DNA of 64,000 nucleotides. It comes from Eubacteriales bacterium. GTDB taxonomy: Bacteria; Bacillota; Clostridia; Oscillospirales; Oscillospiraceae. A model generated the notes under the pieces. That model saw only the letters and a program-made list of their open reading frames with translations. It was not told the DNA's origin and searched no databases. The number at the start of each line of letters is the position of its first letter. Positions within the stretch are counted from its first letter, which is position 1. The stretch lies in the NCBI GenBank assembly GCA_030536515.1, contig JAUNPV010000003.1:78282-142281 (forward strand), given 5' to 3'. A program made the translations under genes and the position numbers. Positions 58,311 to 64,000 of this stretch are shown piece by piece.

Positions 58311-59180
58311 ATGGATATTATCATTGCAATTGCCATTCTGGGCGGCCTGGCCCTGATTTTCGGCCTGGTGCTGGCCGCCGCATCCAAGGTCTTCTATGTG
58401 GAGACCGACCCCCGGCTGGACCAGCTCAACGAGTGCCTCCCCGGCGCCAACTGCGGCGGCTGCGGCTATGCCGGCTGCTCCGCCTATGCCGAGGCCGTGT
58501 TCAACGGCGAGGCGGAAATCGGCAAGTGCGCCTCCGGCGGCAACGCCTGCGCCCAGGCCATGGCGGCCATTATGGGCGTGAAGGCGGAAACCGTCACCCG
58601 GCGGGTGGCCATGGTCCGCTGCTCCGGCGAGAAGATTTTCGACAAGGACGGCAGCCAGATTAAGGGCGCCAAGGTCAAGGGCAACTACCAGGGCTTCCAC
58701 GACTGCCTGGCCGCCTCCAAGGTGGGCGGCAACGGCCCCCTGTCCTGCAAGTACGGCTGCCTGGGCTTCGGCACCTGCACCAAGGTGTGCAAGTACGGGG
58801 CCATCAAGGTGGTCAACGGCGTGGCCAAGGTGGACGAGAGCCTGTGCGTGGGCTGCATGGCCTGCGCCAACGTGTGCCCCCGTCACCTGATTGTGCCGGT
58901 GGAGCCTGACCGGAACGTGGTCATCGCCTGCGCCTCCCTGGCCAAGGGCGCTGTTACCACCCGGGGCTGCACCGTGGGCTGCATCGGCTGCGGCCTGTGC
59001 AAGAAGGTCTGCCCCGAGGGAGCCATCACCGTGGAAAACAACCTGGCGGTCATCGACTACACCAAGTGCACCAACTGCGGCAAATGCGCCACCGTCTGCC
59101 CCAAGCACCTGATTCAGGATTCCAACGTGGAAAACCTGGGCGAGCCCATCGCCCAGCCCCTGAACGGACCCAGCGTATAA
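58311..59180 (+). CDS. rnfB: Rnf complex subunit B (polyferredoxin)
   Basis: LPGANCGGCGYAGC and multiple CxxCxxCxxxCP motifs. Confidence 0.95.
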   Translation: MDIIIAIAILGGLALIFGLVLAAASKVFYVETDPRLDQLNECLPGANCGGCGYAGCSAYAEAVFNGEAEIGKCASGGNACAQAMAAIMGVKAETVTRRVAMVRCSGEKIFDKDGSQIKGAKVKGNYQGFHDCLAASKVGGNGPLSCKYGCLGFGTCTKVCKYGAIKVVNGVAKVDESLCVGCMACANVCPRHLIVPVEPDRNVVIACASLAKGAVTTRGCTVGCIGCGLCKKVCPEGAITVENNLAVIDYTKCTNCGKCATVCPKHLIQDSNVENLGEPIAQPLNGPSV

Positions 59181-59189
59181 TCCTTTTGG

Positions 59190-59222
59190 AGAGGACCTGC
59201 CAGGGGCAGGTCCTCTTTTTTT
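59190..59222 (+). terminator. rnf operon terminator
   Basis: AGAGGACCTGCC-AG-GGGCAGGTCCTCT followed by a T run. Confidence 0.85.
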
Positions 59223-59435
59223 ATGCTCCGCTGTGGAAAAATTCCTTACCCTATGGTATAATACTATTTCTTAATAAAAATCTTTAAGAAGATTTTTATT
59301 AGCCAGCCTGGCGGCTGGGGGGCTTTCCGCCGGAATCAGAAAAACAAGTTTTTCTGATTCCCACGCAACGCCCCAAAGAAATGTATTGACTTCATTTTTA
59401 ATCGCCTGCGGCGATTAGGCGGCTAAAAGCCGCCC

Positions 59436-59459
59436 AATAAAACGATAAATCGTTTTATT
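59436..59459. promoter_or_regulatory. Perfect 11-bp-arm palindrome just upstream of a TATAAT (59469-59474)
   Basis: AATAAAACGAT-AA-ATCGTTTTATT. Confidence 0.55.
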
Positions 59460-59508
59460 AAAAATTCGTATAATGACAGAAAAATTCTGAAAGGGGGCGC
59501 TGTCTGGG

Positions 59509-62025
59509 ATGAAAAGCAGCCTGATTCTGGGCATTTTGGCCCATGTGGATGCCGGGAAGACCACGCTTTCTGAGGCGCTGCTGTATGTCGGCGGGGCGCG
59601 GCGGACGCTGGGGCGGGTGGACCATGGGGATGCCTGCCTGGACACTCACCAGCTGGAACGGGCCCGGGGCATTACCATTTTCTCCAAGCAGGCGAGGCTG
59701 GAGACCGCCACCCGGGAGATTACCCTGGTGGACACCCCGGGTCATGTGGATTTTTCCGCCGAGGCCGAGCGGACCCTGGGGGTGCTGGACTGCGCCGTGC
59801 TGGTCATCAGCGGCACCGATTCCGTCCAGGCCCACACCCTGACCCTCTGGCGGCTGCTGGAGCGATACCGGGTGCCCACCTTCCTGTTCGTCAGCAAAAT
59901 GGACCTGGCCGGGGCGGACCGGGGGCGGGTCCTGGGGGATTTGCAGCGGCAGCTGAGCCCGGGCTGTGTGGATTTTTCGGCCAGTCCGGAGGAAATTGCC
60001 GAAAACGCCGCCCTGCTGGACGAGGCGTTGCTGGAAAACTATCTGGAAACCGGCACGGTCACCCCCGGCAACCTCCGGGGGCTGATTGCCCGGCGGCGGC
60101 TGTTTCCCTGCTGCTTTGGCTCGGGGCTGCGGCTGGACGGGGTGGCGGATTTTCTCGCCGTGCTGGACCGGTTCGCCCCGGAACAGACCTATGGGGAGGC
60201 CTTCGCCGCCCGGGTGTATAAAATCTCCCGGGACCCCCAGGGCAGCCGCCTGACCTGGCTGAAGGTCACCGGCGGCAGCCTGAAGGTCCGGTCTGCAATT
60301 TGTTATGTAAACCCAAAGGGGGAGCAAAAGGAGGAGAAGGCCCTTCAGCTGCGGCTGTACACCGCCGACAAATTCACCGCCCCCGAGGAGATTTTCGCCG
60401 GTCAGACCGCCGCCGTCACCGGCCTTTCCGAGACCTTCGCCGGCCAGGCCCTGGGGGCGGAGCCGAACCCTCTGGCCCCGGCGCTGGAGCCGGTGATGAC
60501 CTACCGGGTGAACCTGCCCCAGGGGGCGGACCCGGCCACCGTCATGCCAAAGCTGCGGCAGCTGGAAGAGGAGGACCCCCAGCTCCACCTGCTCTGGGAA
60601 AACGGCCAGATTCACGTGCAGATGATGGGCAAGGTCCAGCTGGAAATTTTCCGCTCTCTGGTTTCCCAGCGGTTCGGCCTGGATATCCAGCTGGACGACC
60701 GGCGGATTTTCTACAAGGAGACCATTTTGGACACCGTGGAGGGCGTGGGCCACTTTGAGCCTCTGCGCCACTATGCCGAGTGCCACCTGCTTTTGGAGCC
60801 CCTGCCCCGGGGCCGGGGGATGGAATTTGCCACGGTCTGCCCCACGGACGTGCTGGATGCGGGGTATCAGCGGCTGATTCTGACCCATCTGGAGGAAAAG
60901 GTCCACCGTGGGGTCCTCACCGGGGCCCCCATCACCGACATGAAAATCACATTGCTGGTGGGCAAGGCCCATTTGAAGCACACCGAGGGCGGCGACTTCC
61001 GCCAGGCCACCTACCGGGCGGTCCGCCAGGGGCTGATGCAGGCAAAATCCCAGCTTTTGGAGCCCTGGTACGACTTTGCCCTGACCCTGCCGACGGAGCA
61101 GGTGGGCCGGGCCATCACCGACATCCGGACCATGGGCGGCGAATTTGACCCGCCGGAGACCCAGGGGGGCCTCTCCACCCTGAGAGGCCAGGTCCCCGCC
61201 GCCGAGGTCCGGGACTATGCCGACACCGTGGCCGCCTACACCCAGGGCCGAGGGCGGCTCCAGCTGAGCCTCCACGGCTACGCCCCCTGCCACAACCAGC
61301 AGGCGGTGGTGGAGGCCCTGGGCTACGACCCCTGCGCCGACCTTGACAACACCCCGGACTCGGTGTTCTGCGCCCACGGGGCGGGCTTCACCGTGAAGTG
61401 GGACCGGGTGAAGGAGTATATGCACCTGGAAAGCGGCCTGAAGCAGGCCCGGCCGCCCCAGCTGCTCTCCCGGAACCTGGCCCTGGACGAGAAGGAGCTG
61501 GAAAAAATCATGGAGCGGGAGTTCGGCCCCGTGAAAACCATCCTCTACCGGCCTGTCACCCAGCCCGCCACCGAGGAGGTGACCATCCGGCCGCCCAAGG
61601 ACCGCTACATCATCGTGGACGGCTACAACATCATCTTCGCCTGGGAGGACTTGGCCCGGACCGCAAAAAGCGACCTGGATGCCGCCCGGCGGCAGCTGTG
61701 CGACGCTCTGGCGAGCTACGCTGGCTTCACCAAAACCCGGCTGGTGGTGGTATTTGACGGCTACAAACAGAAGGGAAATCCCGGCGAAAAGTCCCGTTTT
61801 CACAACATTCAGGTGGTGTACACCAGAGAGGGCGAGACCGCCGATGCCTACATCGAGGCCCTGGCGGACACCATCGGCCCCAGCTTTGCGGTGCGGGTGG
61901 CCACCTCCGACGCGCTGGTCCAGCTGTCCTCCTTCCGAAGCGGCGTGCTCAGAATGTCCGCCCGGGAGCTGCGGGAGGACGTGGACCGGGCCAGGGAGGA
62001 AATGAAAGAACATTTTTTGAAATAA
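59509..62025 (+). CDS. EF-G/Tet-like translational GTPase fused to a C-terminal YacP/Rae1-type NYN domain
   Basis: AHVDAGKT, RGITI, DTPGH, SKMD; GHFEPLRHYAE; C-terminal IVDGYN..VVFDG..ETADAYIE..VATSD. Confidence 0.88.
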   Translation: MKSSLILGILAHVDAGKTTLSEALLYVGGARRTLGRVDHGDACLDTHQLERARGITIFSKQARLETATREITLVDTPGHVDFSAEAERTLGVLDCAVLVISGTDSVQAHTLTLWRLLERYRVPTFLFVSKMDLAGADRGRVLGDLQRQLSPGCVDFSASPEEIAENAALLDEALLENYLETGTVTPGNLRGLIARRRLFPCCFGSGLRLDGVADFLAVLDRFAPEQTYGEAFAARVYKISRDPQGSRLTWLKVTGGSLKVRSAICYVNPKGEQKEEKALQLRLYTADKFTAPEEIFAGQTAAVTGLSETFAGQALGAEPNPLAPALEPVMTYRVNLPQGADPATVMPKLRQLEEEDPQLHLLWENGQIHVQMMGKVQLEIFRSLVSQRFGLDIQLDDRRIFYKETILDTVEGVGHFEPLRHYAECHLLLEPLPRGRGMEFATVCPTDVLDAGYQRLILTHLEEKVHRGVLTGAPITDMKITLLVGKAHLKHTEGGDFRQATYRAVRQGLMQAKSQLLEPWYDFALTLPTEQVGRAITDIRTMGGEFDPPETQGGLSTLRGQVPAAEVRDYADTVAAYTQGRGRLQLSLHGYAPCHNQQAVVEALGYDPCADLDNTPDSVFCAHGAGFTVKWDRVKEYMHLESGLKQARPPQLLSRNLALDEKELEKIMEREFGPVKTILYRPVTQPATEEVTIRPPKDRYIIVDGYNIIFAWEDLARTAKSDLDAARRQLCDALASYAGFTKTRLVVVFDGYKQKGNPGEKSRFHNIQVVYTREGETADAYIEALADTIGPSFAVRVATSDALVQLSSFRSGVLRMSARELREDVDRAREEMKEHFLK

Positions 62026-62178
62026 TTCTTCCCTTTTCTGCCCCAATCCGTTACAATAGTAGGGAACGGATTCATCCGTTCCGCCGGAACGGCCATCCGG
62101 TTTTCCCGCAGACGGCGGCCTGAGGGCAGGCCGCCCCGCAGGATGTCGATAAAATTACGTAAAAACAGGAGGTATCCC

Positions 62179-62631
62179 ATGAGCGTACCATATCAGCCAG
62201 ACCCCAAGCTGGAGCAGCGGGAGGCCAAGCAGGCCCGGCAGGACCGCTGGACCGACCACTTTTTCCGCCGCACCCTGCACATCATCGAGCGCTTCATCGC
62301 CCTGCTGACCATTCTGGCATTGCTGGCGGCCCTGTGCCTGGAGGTTGTCAGCATGGTCACCGAGCCGGGGTACTTCTCCGATGTCAGCCATGTGCTGCAC
62401 AATCTGCTGGGCATTGTGGTGGGCCTGGAATTTGTCCGGATGCTCATCGACACCACCCCTGCCAACATTTTGGAGGTCCTCACCGTGGCCATCACCCGCC
62501 ACGTGATTCTCAGCCACGACGACCCCCTAAGCAACATCGCCTCCATCGCCTGCATCGCCGGCCTGTTCGCCATCCGCCGCTTCCTGGTCCGCCGCAGCGA
62601 GCTGCAGGAGGAAATGGTGGAGGTGGAGTAG
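62179..62631 (+). CDS. PsiE-like small membrane protein
   Basis: GGAGG RBS; TMs with LEFVRML ... AITRHVI pattern. Confidence 0.6.
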   Translation: MSVPYQPDPKLEQREAKQARQDRWTDHFFRRTLHIIERFIALLTILALLAALCLEVVSMVTEPGYFSDVSHVLHNLLGIVVGLEFVRMLIDTTPANILEVLTVAITRHVILSHDDPLSNIASIACIAGLFAIRRFLVRRSELQEEMVEVE

Positions 62632-62703
62632 CACCTGCTGCCGGAACGCAACACACCCCAAAGCCAAAGGGCTTTGGGGTGTGTTGCGGTTATACCAGAA
62701 TGT

Positions 62704-63732
62704 TCATCCCAGGCAGCCGCCGCAGGGCTTGTAGCCTGCTTCGACTGCCTCCTCGTAGGTGCCGAAGGTGACCTGGTTTTTTTCGGCGGGGAGGCTGGCG
62801 CAGTCCGGGGCGTGGAAGACCTTGGAGTTTTTGTTGCCGATGTAGACCGTGGGGGCGGCGGGCTCGGCGTTGTCCGGGTTGGCGCTCTGGTCGTCCCAGG
62901 TGAAGCTGACCTCCCGGCCGTCAGACCGGGCCACGATGGTGCCCAGCCTGTCGGTCCGCAGAACGGTGACCCCCGCCTGGTTCAGCCGGGACAGGGGCTC
63001 GTCGTGGGGGTGGCCGTAGGTGTTGCCGGTGCCCACGGAGATGACCGCATATTCGGGGTCCACCTCGTAGAGGAAGCGGTAGCCGGTGGAGGAATTGGAG
63101 CCGTGGTGGCCCACCTTCAGCACGTCGGCCCGGACGCTGGCCCCGCTGTCCAGAATGTCGGTCTCCGACTGGGTCTCGGCATCGCCGGTGAACAGGAAGG
63201 CGGTGTCCCCATAGACCGCCCGGAGGACGATGGAGGTGTCGTTGGTCTCGGCATAGGATTTCACCGGCCCCAGTACCGTCAGGGAGGCCTCCCCCAGGGT
63301 CAGCTGGTCGCCGGGGCTGGGAATGGTGATTTCCAGGCCCTGCTGGTCGGTATAGTAGACAAATTTGTCGAAAATGTTGGAGGAATAGGTGCGGGTGGGG
63401 GCGTAGACCCCGGCGGTGGGGTACACCGCCAGCACGGCGGGCAGACCGCCTACGTGGTCCTCGTGGGCGTGGGTGCAGACCAGGGCCTTCAGCTCCCGGA
63501 CCCCCTGCTGCTCCAGGTAGGTCACCACCAGGTCGCTGTCCTCCCGGTTGCCGCCGTCGATGAGCATAAATTCCCCGCCGCATTCCAGCAAAATGGAATC
63601 CGCCTGGCCCACGTCGATGTAGTGAACGGTAAGCCCATCCCCGGAAACCGGCGACGGAGCCGGGGCCTCCAGCCGGCAGCCGGAAAGGGTCAGGGCCAGA
63701 AGCAGAAGAAGGGCAAAGAGTTTCTTTTTCAT
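62704..63732 (-). CDS. ComEC/Rec2-like metallo-beta-lactamase-fold lipoprotein with a C-terminal Ada-like zinc domain
   Basis: Lipobox LSGC; DVGQAD, THAHEDHVGG, TGD, LKVGHHGS; FH..DC...GYKPCGGC. Confidence 0.88.
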   Translation of the reverse strand: MKKKLFALLLLLALTLSGCRLEAPAPSPVSGDGLTVHYIDVGQADSILLECGGEFMLIDGGNREDSDLVVTYLEQQGVRELKALVCTHAHEDHVGGLPAVLAVYPTAGVYAPTRTYSSNIFDKFVYYTDQQGLEITIPSPGDQLTLGEASLTVLGPVKSYAETNDTSIVLRAVYGDTAFLFTGDAETQSETDILDSGASVRADVLKVGHHGSNSSTGYRFLYEVDPEYAVISVGTGNTYGHPHDEPLSRLNQAGVTVLRTDRLGTIVARSDGREVSFTWDDQSANPDNAEPAAPTVYIGNKNSKVFHAPDCASLPAEKNQVTFGTYEEAVEAGYKPCGGCLG

Positions 63733-63758
63733 AATAGGTTCCTTCCTGTGACAGCACC

Positions 63759-63867
63759 GTAGGGCGGCCTGCCCCCAGGCCGCCGCAGCGTGACGAAATA
63801 GAATCGTTACAGATGTGGCTGCGTCCCAAAACGAGCTGCCCGGCGGCCTGAGGGCAGGCCGCCCTAC
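63759..63867. repeat. Inverted GTAG REP doublet (GGCGGCCTG family)
   Basis: 63759-63784 and reverse complement 63842-63867. Confidence 0.88.
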
Positions 63868-63888
63868 GGATGGGCAGTGTATTGGGCG

Positions 63889-64000
63889 TCAGTCCGGATA
63901 GTTCAGCAAAGCGTCCCTTTCGTTGGGGAGCGTTTCATCCATGACCAGCTCCAGCAGGCGGTTCAGGCGCTGGCCGATGGCCCGGCCCTCATAGCCCTGC
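63889..64000 (-). CDS. cca: 3' end of a gene running off the window, probably CCA tRNA nucleotidyltransferase
   Basis: Translates as ..QGYEGRAIGQRLNRLLELVMDETLPNERDALLNYPD*, which fits the CCA-enzyme C-terminal pattern; only 36 aa visible. Confidence 0.55.
   Translation of the reverse strand, partial: QGYEGRAIGQRLNRLLELVMDETLPNERDALLNYPD

Noticed and set aside
59509-62025. Calling this gene tetM/tetW/tetO
   Set aside because: Domain IV differs from ribosomal protection proteins, it has an extra NYN domain, and there is no mobile context

Overview
A 64-kb, high-GC core-genome segment with no integrase, transposase, prophage or CRISPR array. Gene content (T-box, LexA, sporulation-type genes, clostridial RnfCDGEAB) points to a Clostridia/Oscillospiraceae-like Firmicute (inference). 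It contains about 55 CDS: mreD-PBP2, the acetylase-type diaminopimelate genes, a stand-alone three-gene CODH/acetyl-CoA synthase unit (cooS/acsA-cooC-acsB), dacF, the rimP-nusA-ylxR-ylxQ-infB-rbfA-nrnA-truB-ribF cluster, holB-ricT, ymfF-ymfH-lgt, a Trp T-box-controlled ABC transporter, lexA, tRNA-Met/tRNA-Glu, nfeD-SPFH, the rnf operon, and an EF-G/Tet-like GTPase fused to a YacP/Rae1-type NYN nuclease. The most unusual signal is non-coding. Nearly every intergenic gap holds palindromic repeats of several unrelated families: GTAG-tagged, TGTC-tagged, CCTTCCCCC-type, and a covarying multi-hairpin element. Two small cassettes (about 62 bp and 56 bp) sit inside the hairpins of these repeats at fixed positions, and identical hairpin modules are shared between families. 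An inverted copy of the tRNA-Glu 3' end folds back over the tRNA terminator. All calls are by-eye motif recognition; no database searches were run.
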